This document shows positions 38,812 to 50,557 of a stretch of 64,000 nucleotides of DNA, piece after piece. The position numbers were made by a program, and so were the translations under genes. Every line of letters starts with the position of its first letter. Positions within the stretch are counted from its first letter, which is position 1. The DNA comes from Parasitella parasitica NRRL 2501 (taxonomy: Eukaryota; Fungi; Mucoromycota): the NCBI GenBank assembly GCA_025201805.1, contig MU619245.1:319160-383159 (forward strand), read 5' to 3'. Below the pieces are notes generated by a model that saw nothing but the letters and a program-made list of their open reading frames with translations, was not told where the DNA came from and searched no databases.

Positions 38812-40667
38812 ATGGCTACCATAGTAGGCTCATGGAAGCAACGGTACAGGCTATACAAAAAAGACCTAGAAAACGATAGCCATATTAAACAGATGTTTGT
38901 GGAGGACACCAATGAGCAAGATGAATCAGGAATTTATCGCCGATCATCTTTCATGGACGACGAAAAAAGTTCAACAGGAATGTCATCCGATGCAGAAGTG
39001 GATTCACCGCAAAACGAGGAGCCGGCAATGCCTCACAGAATACCACTCAGCCAAAGAAATATCAATAGAATCAAGCGAAATGCAGTTCAAAAGCTAACTC
39101 TCACAACCAAGTCTGCAATATCTATTTTATTGTCATTTCCTATTTTGTTCTTTTTTGTAACCATGGCAGTTTACACCACTGGAAAGCAGCATTTACTAGA
39201 TAAACGAATGAGAGCTCAAGACGTCGATGAGGTGGATATCCCTGATGAAATGCTGACGCAGGATGAGACCTATTATGCTGATCGATGGGGATATACAAGT
39301 GAAATGCATGAAGTTGTAACTCAAGATGGCTACATTCTTAAAATGTATAGAATTTTTAAAAAGAACTCGACACCCAAAGGTATGTACATATCAACCTCAG
39401 CATGACACACGATGATCGACGCTTGGCTTTTGGAAGGTAACTAACCATCGATAGGCAAACCTGTCTTAATTGGCCATGGGTTGTTTCAATGCTCTGGTGC
39501 TTTTGTATTGAATGAACAGCGCTCATTAGCATTTACATTGATTGAGAATGGGTACGATGTTTGGGTGGGGAATAACCGCAGCATTGCTGGACTGGACCAT
39601 ATTTCTTTGTCGTTCAAGGACCCAGAATACTGGAATTGGGGTTTGAAGGAGCTGGGTATCTACGATTTTGCTGCCATGCTGAATCATGTAAAGCTGTATT
39701 CAACCAGCAGCAAGGTATATTGTCATTGGCACATTTTTGATGTTCAAGCGACTGATGTAGTCGGTTTTTGTGTGTGTGTATGTACAGGTTGCCTATATTG
39801 GTCATTCTCAAGGAAATGCACAGGCATTTATTGCATTATCTCTATGCCCAGAAATTGCTGAAAACTTGAGCTGCTTTATAGCATTGGCTCCCGCTGTATT
39901 CTCGGGCAATCTAGTAAAGTAAAGTAGTGGTTGGTTAATATAGTGATCAGTTGCATGATGTCATGGTCTAACAAATCATAGCACATTTCCTCTGAATTGT
40001 TTGATCAACTTGAGTGATTGGTGCTATAACTTGATATTCGGTACGTATCAAATATGACAGACTGAGGTACACATATAAAGGAGAGTATACTTACATTCAA
40101 TATACAGGCAATGGCTCTTTCTTGCCTGTCATGTCGTTTGCACAAACTATTGTGGAGCCTAAAATATTCTGCTTTTTAGCATATAGTATGTTTTCATACC
40201 TGTTTAGTTGGTGGGATAGCCACTGGCTCCGCAGACGAAAGGCAAAGTACTTTCAGTTTACTCCACGCCCTGTAAGTTCTCGTTTGATTGCAGATTGGAT
40301 TGCAGGTTGGGGACGCAAGGGAGTGTGCTTATACATAGCAGATCAAAATACTGTCATGAATACAGAAAAGAAGCAAAAAGTGCCCTTGGTCATCTTTTAT
40401 GGCACTGCCGATTTTTTGGTAAATGGCGAACGGTTTGTACGTACATTTCCCGGCTATGAGATGCATGGTTTATCTCCTGAGCAGTTAGCTAAAGAGAGCT
40501 CCCCGGCCGCCACGGATTGTCAAAAGACATTGTTTCCCATGTTGGATTTGGTACATGTCGAGCGAGTGGACGGATACGAGCATATGGATACTATTTGGGG
40601 CCACGATAATCATAAAACAACATACCCCATTGTCTTGAAGAGTTTAGAAAATGTTGGATGGGATTAG
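38812..40667 (+). CDS. Acid lipase / steryl ester hydrolase (Tgl1/Yeh-like)
   Basis: HEVVTQDGYILKMYRI, HGLFQCSGAFV, GYDVWVGNNR, YIGHSQG nucleophile elbow, YEHMDTIW; N-terminal TM segment. Confidence 0.9.
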
Positions 40668-40823
40668 ATGGTTTTTGTGAATAAATATATTGATAGAATC
40701 AGCCTTTCCCTGGCGTACAATCTTAACAAGGGGATTTATTTTTCATTGTAAATTGAAGTGGGTGTGACAATATCAAAATACAGTGTGTGAGAGGGGAATA
40801 GATGCTGTTTATGCATTACGAAT

Positions 40824-41617
40824 TTACAAACGCGCCTTGTCCTGAGGTACATACCAAGCCATCTCGATTTCTTTTTGCTTAAAACCGCATTTTTCGTAAA
40901 AAGGGACATTCTAAGCACAACGACAATAGATTAATTACAGGTGCAGCCTTTTAAATTTTATATTCCGTACCTTTTCTGAGCAATCCAAGATGACTATAGA
41001 CAGAAAATTACTGTTAGTATATCTCTACTCCTTATTTGCCCCCCCCCCTTTCTTCTTTTGTGTTTAACGAACTATATACCTTTATAGCAACCACGTTGAG
41101 CACCGATGAACTTGAGAGCTTGAATGATGCGTAAGCCCAGCTTCTTTCCTTGTTGGTTGTTATTCACAGCAATGTCTTCTATATGCCCAACTAAACCGTT
41201 CTTGTGCACAAACTTTCTCTCGACGAAAATAGTGCCGACTGCAACAACTTGATCTTTAGCATCCTCAGTAATAGTGATAGTATGGTCTTTTTTAACGAAA
41301 AAAGCGCTTTAGCCTCCCTCTTGTGGGTGTTTTGATGTCTCCAGATACTTACATTCATGATTATGCTTTCTCAAATAATTGAACTGTTCTGCAAAGAATA
41401 AGAGCGTGAGGCAACAGCATACATAGTGTACTGAAAGATATCTACCTGTGAATTCTTGCTTGGTATGGCCACCAACCTCGGTTAAAACAGTTAAAACGTC
41501 CAGAAACCCACGTTCAAAGTCATTTGAGCGAAGCGCGCGAAGAGTGTATCCAACGGGCAAAAGTGATTGTACTTGAGGGCAGAGCAAGTTAGATTCGAAA
41601 AGAGAGATTTCAGACAT
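40824..41617 (-). CDS. GNA1: Glucosamine-6-phosphate N-acetyltransferase
   Basis: LPVGYTLRALRSNDFERGFLDVLTVLT, VERKFVHKNGLVGHIEDIAV...QGKKLG, GCYK/VILDCSEK/NVPFYEKCGF...QDKARL*. Confidence 0.93.
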
Positions 41618-42039
41618 GACTAAAAAGCAAAAGAAAGGCTAAAAAGCACTGCTACAAACAACAAACCTTTAATTTATAAACTGGAGATCATTTCTTCCGC
41701 GGATGTGTAATATGAGGATCCTTCTCTTATGGCCGCGGGAGAGTCTACTTGTAATATAATTATTGGCGGGTTGCACACAAAACTATAGCTTAATTGGCCT
41801 GCTATTAAAATTCTGTAGTACTAAAAGTCAAATCTTGGAATTGTACCAGCTGAAGACAACATTAAAGATTCGAAAGCCAAATTTATTAGAAATAACTGAT
41901 TGAAATGAAGCTTTACAACGTATTAAAAGATAAATTATAATAACCAAATTTATTTGTTTTGAGTGCAGGATAATTGTATTCAGTAAACGTGAAGGAGAGT
42001 ACACTTATATATTTACATGGCAAAGTACTCAACACGCCA

Positions 42040-43900
42040 GTTGACTGTATTTTGAGCTTTTGCCATTTACATCTGCACTAGAAATAGCCCAGCTTTCCAA
42101 CCCTTTGCATTTAATCGAAATAAGAAAACTGCTCGCACATCCAGTGCCATTCACAATAATTTGCTGGCATATAGAGGCGGTATCTTCAGCGTACTGGTAA
42201 GTTGTTGTTCATGAAGTGTCAGTAGTTAAAGTGGTTTTTTGACCTTTGCAATGGCTTAAATTATGAAACCTTAATTCCAAGAGGCCCACCTTCGTTGTTC
42301 GAAGGTCAATTTTTAGCTGGTTAGGGGATTCTGACATAATTGCATATCCATCAAGTATTAGCTTGTCGACTTTTTTTTTTAGCTTCAACGACATTTTAGG
42401 AAATGCACTATAACGAAGAAGAGAGTTCGTAAACTTCAACTCAAAGACACCTGCTTGGCTGAAAGCGTTTGTTTGTCGCACTTGTTCAGAGTCAAAGAAA
42501 ATCATTCTATTCAAGTGTATTGAAGACTCAGTCTTTGCATTGTTCATGGAGATGGTGCCTTCGAAGATGGTGCCTTCGAAGATGGCCCAGTTTCTGTTAT
42601 TACAAGCTGGAATCAAGTCAGAGATATGGCCATCTTTTGATGTTAAATGCTTGTAATTCTTTAATAAGACCTTGAATAGATGGGTGCTTTCATTACTGTT
42701 GAAATTTCATAGCAAATCATCAAAATATAAAGGATGCTGTACGTTTAAAACGGTTGCATGCACTCAAAAACACGTCTAAAATCTGCTACTAGCTTGAATA
42801 GCTGACTGTGACCAGATTGAAAGAGGCGAAAAGATGAATTAGTTTGCTTCATTTCAATAATGCAATCCTCCTTGATGTCCACTGGATGGTTTATACACAT
42901 GGTGAACTAAGCTGACCCAAATCTCGAAGATGTTCCACCTCGCTGTGCAATCTTGCTTAACAGGTTGGCACCACCTTTTATTTGATACAGCCATTCCATA
43001 GTATTGAACTCGTCAATGTTGATATTGTAATTCAGAAGAGGCATACAAAGACATATCATTTGGTTCCACCATTCAGCGCGTTCCTCTTGCGTTTGTAAGT
43101 GAGCAGGGTTTTTGAGTTTTATGACAAGCGTCAAAGTTTCTAATGCTTGTAATTTGTTTGCGAGATATCGAATTGAGGAATCGGACAGTCGAGGATTGAC
43201 AAGATCAAGTATCTTTATGCTGGAATTTGGGCTTATTTTCTCTGTGTTTTCAATCCTTGAGATATTACAATTTTTTAGTTCCAAAGAATGTGTCGTTTGA
43301 GGGCAGTCGGTTATAAGGCCATCTAGATTGGCGTTGAAAAAAACCTCGATGAAACAGCCCAAAAGTTGCAGCTGTTCTAGCTTCTTGAATTCTCTCAGAT
43401 GCTTTTTTAAAAAAAAAAATTATGGTCTTGGCTCGTACGACCTAAAAACGGTCTAATGTGAATTCTAAGCTTGGTCAATGTGTCTTTATACTTTAAAGCA
43501 AGCGCTGTATAAAGCTCTTTGTATCTAAAATCCCATTTATCTAAAGAGGGAAAAGGGTTGAGATACTTGTGTCGATTTTCTGCTGCAAGAAGACGAAGCA
43601 GAATATGTTTTGTTTTAAAATCACTCGATACTAGACAACTAAATCCTTCAATTTATGGGCAATGCTGCAAAATGTTATCAAGGTCTTGATCCATGCCCTG
43701 AGAAACTCTACTCTCCACAGGTTCCGTTGAGTAGAATGTAGGATTCACGCAAAGTTCAACCTTCCTGATGAGATTTCAAAGCTTCGATGTAGAGCTGCTG
43801 GCAGCTTTAATTGTATTGGCAAAACTAGCAATCCTATCAGACGGTAGGTACACATTTTTGTACACTTTGTATTGTGTTGATCTAAATCAACTCTTGCAAA
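42040..43900 (-). pseudogene. Degraded paralog of the adjacent F-box/LRR-like gene
   Basis: Collinear fragments ILQHCP*IEGF, LALKYKDTLTKL, DCPQTTHSLELKNC, EWWNQM, ILDVFLSACNRF match the 44738-46249 protein (ILECCPNIEIF, LSLKHKESLIKL, DCPQTTHLLQL, EWWDQL, HLDVFFDSNRY), with stops and frameshifts. Boundaries are approximate. Confidence 0.8.
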
Positions 43901-44737
43901 CAAACTGGCATTGGTAAAATGTATCTCGTGTTTCATTTTTTTTATAATGTGTTTTCAACTTGATCAAAGATAATTTTTAGAATTTTATTAGAGTGATTTG
44001 ATCTAGACATGATTATTGTATTTGCATAGCAAAAAAGAAAAAGAATATTAAGCAGGATCTTGTTGAGATAATGGGTGTTCTTTTTTATTCATAAATTAGT
44101 ACCTCTGCCTCTTGATTTAATAAGATTATACATTGTTTTGATGATATTGATGGTCTTATTGTGTATTTAATTAAAAAAAGTTCGAACTTAACAAAAGACA
44201 AATAATAATAAAATTTAAGCACAATGAACCAAAGCTGAAAAACGTTTGACTCTTTAGATTTACTTAAAGCTCATATTGGAACGATTGCTTATTATTTCAT
44301 GGATGTAATTATCTATGAAAAGTGTTCTTTTTTTTTTTTTTTTAGTAAAAAGGTGTATATTGAGCTTATAATGCTACTACACTAAAACTAAGTATCTATA
44401 TAACTTAAAAATAGAACTTGTGTAGGAACTATTTCTTCAAATTTAAATTTGTACCAGGAAAATACTTCAAGCCAAGCATAATAAGAATTCTAACAACGGC
44501 TACCACAAATTTTTAAAACCAACATGAAAAGCTTTCTTGTATCAAAGATTATTTTAGCAATAACTGTCATTTTTTAAAAATCAATAAAATTGTATTTGTG
44601 ATATTATATTTACTAAGCTTAGTTGGTTCATAAAATACTAAATATAAAAATAGTGGCATATTCATAATATATATGTAAAATGAGTGGAACATACGGTATA
44701 TACTACCAGTATTTGGTTACATGACATTAACGACTTG

Positions 44738-46249
44738 TTAATTGGGTCTTGGAAACATTTTTACACCTTGCACCGTCATATTTAGTAGCTCTTTGCAGCT
44801 AGAATAAGTATATTGGCTATTTTCATTTTCTGTTGTACCATCAAATTTACGATTACTGGCGTATTTGCATCCTTTTGTCTCTGGATACCTGTTGCTATCA
44901 AAGAATACGTCCAAGTGCTCTCTAGTCAAGTAGGAGCCTATCTTGTTATTCCCAAATATATCGAAAGGAGTCCGATGCAAACGTTCTACGTTTAGAATTG
45001 TAATGCTCTTGGGTGAATATTCTTTGAGGGTGTCAACAATTTTTTGAAAGTCTGCTTTGTCTATAAACTGATTAATAAACTTGGATTTGAATAAGCCCAA
45101 GTATGAGCCATTCTGCTTCAGTTCTATGATGTAGCTTCTCGATTGGCCAAAATCAATGATGAATTCAGTAAAGTCTGCTGATTTTTGGTTTGCAATTGTG
45201 TTCGTCAGATCGATACCGCATTTGATTAAGTGTAAATAGTTGTCAGAGCTGAAATCTTGAACGCTGATATTGTAATGGTCAAGGTTCTTACACATGCTTG
45301 TTAACTGGTCCCACCATTCATTACTCTGACATAGCGACTGGTAGCAGTCGCTAAGCCATACGGAGAGGACCAAATCTTTTAGTCCCTTCAATTTGGTCTC
45401 GAAATACTTGATTGAGCATACAGGAAGCTTGGGATCGACAAGCTCTAGTCTCTTTATGTGAAAGTTGGGGACCACTTTCTCTGGGTAGGCGTGATTACTT
45501 GAAAATCCACATTCGATAAGCTGCAACAAGTGTGTTGTTTGAGGGCAATCATCTAGCATCTGATCCATTTCACCAACAATAGAGCTGAATACCAAAGAAC
45601 CACGAATTTGCAATTGCTCTAACGACTTGAAATGCTTCAAGTTGGTCTTCAGAGCACAAAAATCATCGTCTTTGCTCGCATCATAAGATGAGTCATACGG
45701 AAAGAGCACAAGCTTGATGAGAGATTCTTTGTGCTTCAAACTGAGCAATCTATAGGTGAGCTTTTCCGCTGTGGTCCAATTGTCTAAAAAGCTAAACATC
45801 TTTAGATGCTTGAGCTCAGCTTTCGATTCAAGGAGGCAGTTCCAAGTGAAAAAGGTTTCAAACTCGATGAATAATGGACTAACAAATATTTCGATATTAG
45901 GGCAGCATTCAAGAATGACGCTAAGGTTCTGATTTGCATTGGGAGGAAATCGAGCGTTTCGTTGAGGAGCTTCTGGATAAAACATGACGTTTGTTACGAT
46001 ATCGGCCAACTTTTGTGATGCCTTCACCGTAGAAGCAAAGCTAGCAATGTCGTTAGGTGGCAAATTCGCATTTTTGAATAGTTTAAGCTGTACAGTTTCT
46101 GCTGATTTTGACCATTTTTTGTTGACCAAATGACATTGATAAAGCGTCTTTGCGTTTTGCATCCATCCCAGTTCGTCTTCAAAAAGTTGTTCAAAAATTC
46201 CTTGTAGAACTTTATCCGGAAGCTGACCCGGATGGCTGGATTCACACAT
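44738..46249 (-). CDS. Lineage-specific F-box/LRR-like protein (intronless; possibly C-terminally truncated)
   Basis: F-box-like LPDKVLQGIFEQL...LYQCHLVNKKWSKSA followed by LxxLxL repeats; ~500-codon ORF. Confidence 0.75.
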   Translation of the reverse strand: MCESSHPGQLPDKVLQGIFEQLFEDELGWMQNAKTLYQCHLVNKKWSKSAETVQLKLFKNANLPPNDIASFASTVKASQKLADIVTNVMFYPEAPQRNARFPPNANQNLSVILECCPNIEIFVSPLFIEFETFFTWNCLLESKAELKHLKMFSFLDNWTTAEKLTYRLLSLKHKESLIKLVLFPYDSSYDASKDDDFCALKTNLKHFKSLEQLQIRGSLVFSSIVGEMDQMLDDCPQTTHLLQLIECGFSSNHAYPEKVVPNFHIKRLELVDPKLPVCSIKYFETKLKGLKDLVLSVWLSDCYQSLCQSNEWWDQLTSMCKNLDHYNISVQDFSSDNYLHLIKCGIDLTNTIANQKSADFTEFIIDFGQSRSYIIELKQNGSYLGLFKSKFINQFIDKADFQKIVDTLKEYSPKSITILNVERLHRTPFDIFGNNKIGSYLTREHLDVFFDSNRYPETKGCKYASNRKFDGTTENENSQYTYSSCKELLNMTVQGVKMFPRPN

Positions 46250-48790
46250 GTTTGTTATTAAATTCAAAAGAAAAGTCGTTAAATTTAGTTTGATGTTTTC
46301 TTGTGTACGCATATATATATCTATATATATATATCTAGAATTTTGAGTCGTTTTAATAACTGATATGTAGAAGGAACAACTCGTTACTATTATAGATCAC
46401 AAGACAGAATGAAATCTTTAAACAATACACCAAAACTAGATATCCCACTACGTTGTCCTTGCTGGTAAGCGGCAGTTTTTTTTTTTTTTTTTTTTTTGAT
46501 GCAAATGTATATCACTAGGCGGATAGGGGAGAAAGCACCCTCAGTAGTGTTCTCCAGACCTACACGTTGTCCTAAAATTTCTTTTCACTCCTCATGCACC
46601 ATAAAATATCTTCACACTCTGTTGCCATCGATACATGAAAAGAGCTCACAAGAAATAATCCACATTAATTTAGGTGCTCTACGGCCATCTACACAAAGAT
46701 ATCAATGAATTTTTTAAATAAGATTGCATAGTCAAAGCGGTTATCGTAGATCCTGATGATAACAATGCAGTTCCCGCGCAATTGCCGAAATGTAGGGTTG
46801 TCAATCAAAAATATATGTCGCTAGAGATGATCCAATCAACAAGCCTTGTTATCATCGGGATGAACACATTATAATGACACATGTGCTCCACAGAGTGTCT
46901 CATTACATAGCGCTGGGTCATTTGTGCACATTGAACAACCTCTTTTAAGTAAAAGTAAAGACACAAAAAGACAAAAAACTGAACAGTAGAGGTTTTTTCG
47001 AGCAAAAGATTCTCACTTACCTGTTTTCAAGTCTTGGGATGTTTGCTAAACTCTCACGTTTCTCCAAAACTTATTAACAAAGAGGGATATTTTGTCTCAT
47101 TTGATCAACGACACACTGATTTGCAGCGAGCTCCTTAAAATCTCAAAGACCCGCCATTGGAAACAACGAAGAATGTTCACATCTTCGTTGAGCATCAAAG
47201 TGATACCAAATGTATAAAAACTTTTGTCATGTGGTAAGTATGTATAGTGGTGATCTATCAAACCAAAAAGATTCGTGCACAAGAGCAAAAAGTGCGGTGA
47301 CATTCATGTAACAGTTAGATTAGTACATCCAAACACGAAGGGAGGTTAAAGCCCCTGTACATTATGGACAATATCGTGAAAACATGTGTATCGTCAATGT
47401 CAAATTTAAATATAATCTTTTCCTCCTTCAGCGAAACGTGCAGCTAAATGCTATGGTTGCATTTATCACCACATTAAGGAGCGTATTGTCGGCCATACAG
47501 CGTGCTTTGACTGGTCACGACTATACCAGACAATTTCTTTTGTTTTGTAGACACTTTCTATAGCCATTTCAAAGAGTAAATTTTCAGATATAACGTAAAA
47601 AGAAAGGCTTTTCCCAAGATATCCATTATCAGAAAATGTTTTTTGTTGCTCACTCTTTATTTCCTAGCAATTCATCTGGCGTTTTTTAAGCTGTTTGTAA
47701 ACGTTTACGCGATTGAGTACTATTTTGTAAATGGAGTTACTATGAGCTTTGGTGAGGTAATCTGGAAAAATGTCAATTTGCTGCATTTGATGTGCATGTA
47801 AAGCAAGTGGCTTGACCTTTTCTTTAATGCGTTCATAATATGCAAACCAGTAAATTTTTGCCAAGATATTGTCACGCCTTGATGTAGAGGTAGACTCTAT
47901 ATGAATACTTTCAAAACAGTATAATTTGGCAAATACCAATATTTACGACATGCATAAAATGGCCAATATTTTGTCATAGGCTCACAGTCAGTTCCGACTA
48001 GGATAGAAATTTTAACTTAGTAGGTATGAGAGACGAGCACACTACACTTGACATCCCTTTAATCATCAAGTTGCTCTAGAACGGTGTCCAATGCATCCAG
48101 TGTAGTTGAAAGCTATATACGGTCTGCAAGTTTAAGCTTATCGATGATTACCCCCAAATATATTGATTATTGATGCAAGTACAAACTATACCATACATGA
48201 TCAGGATCTTTTGACCTAGGTGGATGTTAGATAAGATGAGCTCGACCCAAGCTAAAGTATGCCTGTGTCCGTGTCTTCCGGTTATTACATTGTTTGATGA
48301 TGTTATGCATAGTTTCCTCTATATTATTTTCTTTTGAAAATTCCATGTATACGCATGATACAATTATGACCACCCTCGTCGCAACGGTTGTAATAATCTT
48401 AATCCAAACAATCTATGCCCGTTTTTTTCAAATGCTAATACGATTTGTTGGATGCAATATTCTTTAAACGAAGGACTTCTTTTTCATTTTAAGAAAAGAG
48501 CGGCCATAATGATTTTCGAGGGTGTCATTGTATGGCTTCGCCTTTCTTGATCGACAAAAGCATGATCTTTTTCATAGAGACTTTGACAGTAAGCACTCGT
48601 TTGAAGTGTCTTTTTTTTACAAATCCAAGCGATCAAAAGTGTTGGCGTCTTTCATAACTCATATACATTTATTGGACAAGCAAATCAGCACAGCAACTGG
48701 CTTTGAATGCAATGTGTCGTTATCGCAAATCTATTTATCATGACGGCATTGTCCAGTTTGCAACTTCTTTTTCCATTAAACTACACAAGA

Positions 48791-50477
48791 ATGGCCCAAA
48801 AGGTACCATCGTAATCTATCAAAAAATGTAAATAGCAGCCTAATCCAAAAAAAAAAAAAAAAAAAAAAAAACTAGACGCTGCCCAGATTTGGCTCTGCAA
48901 ATGCCTCCGTTTACAAGTACATTTCGGGCAAATTATATCATCCACGCACTCATTATGAAGACCTTCAAGGGCTAAGCGTCAATAAAGGCGGTGAATGCGA
49001 TTTGATCCAAGTAAGTCTTTTTTCTTTTTATATGTTACAAATCTCTCCACGAGGCTGCATGTCTGACGGTTTTGACAGGCTAATACTAAATTCATCGCTG
49101 TACCTCTTTCTGGTCCTGGTGGTCGTGTTGGAATCATCAACGTCGAGCAGCCAGGTCGTCTTGATGTCCACATCCCATCTGTGCTCTGTAATTCTGAAGT
49201 AACCAGCTTCAAATTTGACCCGTTCAATGAAAACATCCTCGTTACCGGTAAGATAGAAATACGCGTGCGTACGCAAGAGTAGTTGTCTGACATGTGTGCA
49301 CGCCAGCCTCCATTGACAACAAGATCCGAATATGGGAGATCCCTGATAAAGGCATTCAGGTAGATATAGCAACACCTAAGAGTGTGTTTGGGTCTAGTAC
49401 GATGGACAAAATACGCTTGATTGAATTTCACCCTACAACTAAAGACGTTTTGTTGGCCGCTTCTGACGATTTGGGTCATCCAACTGTTCGCATTTGGGAT
49501 GTGCAAGCTCAAAAGGAAGAGGTCGTTTTGAAGGATCGACATATGGATGTTATTTTCAGCTGTGCATGGAGCCCAGATGGCACGCACATTGCTACCACGA
49601 CTAAGGAAAAGAAAATTCGGATTTTGGATGCTAGAGCTGGAGATGTCGTCGCTGAGGGACCTGCCCACGACAGCATCAGACCTTCTCGTTTGATCTGGCT
49701 GGACTCGGAGCTCTTGGCAAGTGTTGGTTTTGGCCGTGGATCATCTCGTGAGGTATTGTTGCTAAACAAAAACGACCTGTCAAAACCATTATCCAAAAAG
49801 ACGATTGATATTTCACCTGGAATCATGAGCGCTCATTACGATCCTGATTGCCAGATACTGTTTGTTGCTGGAAGAGGCGATAGAACCATTCACACCTACC
49901 ATCTAGAGGACACAACACTGACCGATATTTCTAAAATCGAAGGCACTACCTTACAACAAGGATTCGCCTTCTTGCCAAAGAAGACATGTAACGTCAAAGA
50001 GATTGAAATTGATAGATTTTATAGATTGACGCCCAACAAAATTGAGCCTTTTGGTATCCACGTACCCAAAGCCAGAGTGAGTATCGTCTGTGTCTTATTG
50101 TGCGGTTATTTCTCTAAAACGAGACATCATAGCCCGAGTATTTTCAAGATGATGTATTTGTACCCACGTTGGATTTAGATCATCCTGCCCAAGACGCAGT
50201 CAGTTGGTTCAAGGGAGAGAACAGGCAGCTAGAAAGAGTGTCGTTGCAGCCTGAGGATGTGGAACCTTTGTCTACAGCTCCTCCTCCAGCATCTCAAGCA
50301 CAATCAAAAGCTAAGTTTGAATTGGGGAAACAGGTTGTAAGTGAAGAGCAGCGAAAGAAAGAGCAAATGGAACGCATGTTTGCAACGGCAAAAAAGATTG
50401 AAGATGATCAAGATGAGCCTGTTGTACCTACAAATCCTGAAAATGAGGAAGTTGCTGAAGACGAATGGGATGATTAA
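48791..50477 (+). CDS. Coronin-7-like protein (C-terminal coronin module only)
   Basis: MAQK/TLPRFGSANASVYKYISGK...ANTKFIAVPLSGPGGRVG...PGRL, WD40 repeats, AGRGD, VPKAR/PEYFQDDVF, acidic end EEVAEDEWDD. Confidence 0.85.
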
Positions 50478-50557
50478 TAAATCTGACCCTTAAGCAGTTT
50501 ACAATGGCCATGAATACGATGTTGGCAACAATCGCTTTTTTATTGCTATAGGTCTAT

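Noticed and set aside
48979-49668. 229-aa minus-strand ORF
   Set aside because: Antisense shadow of coronin exons.
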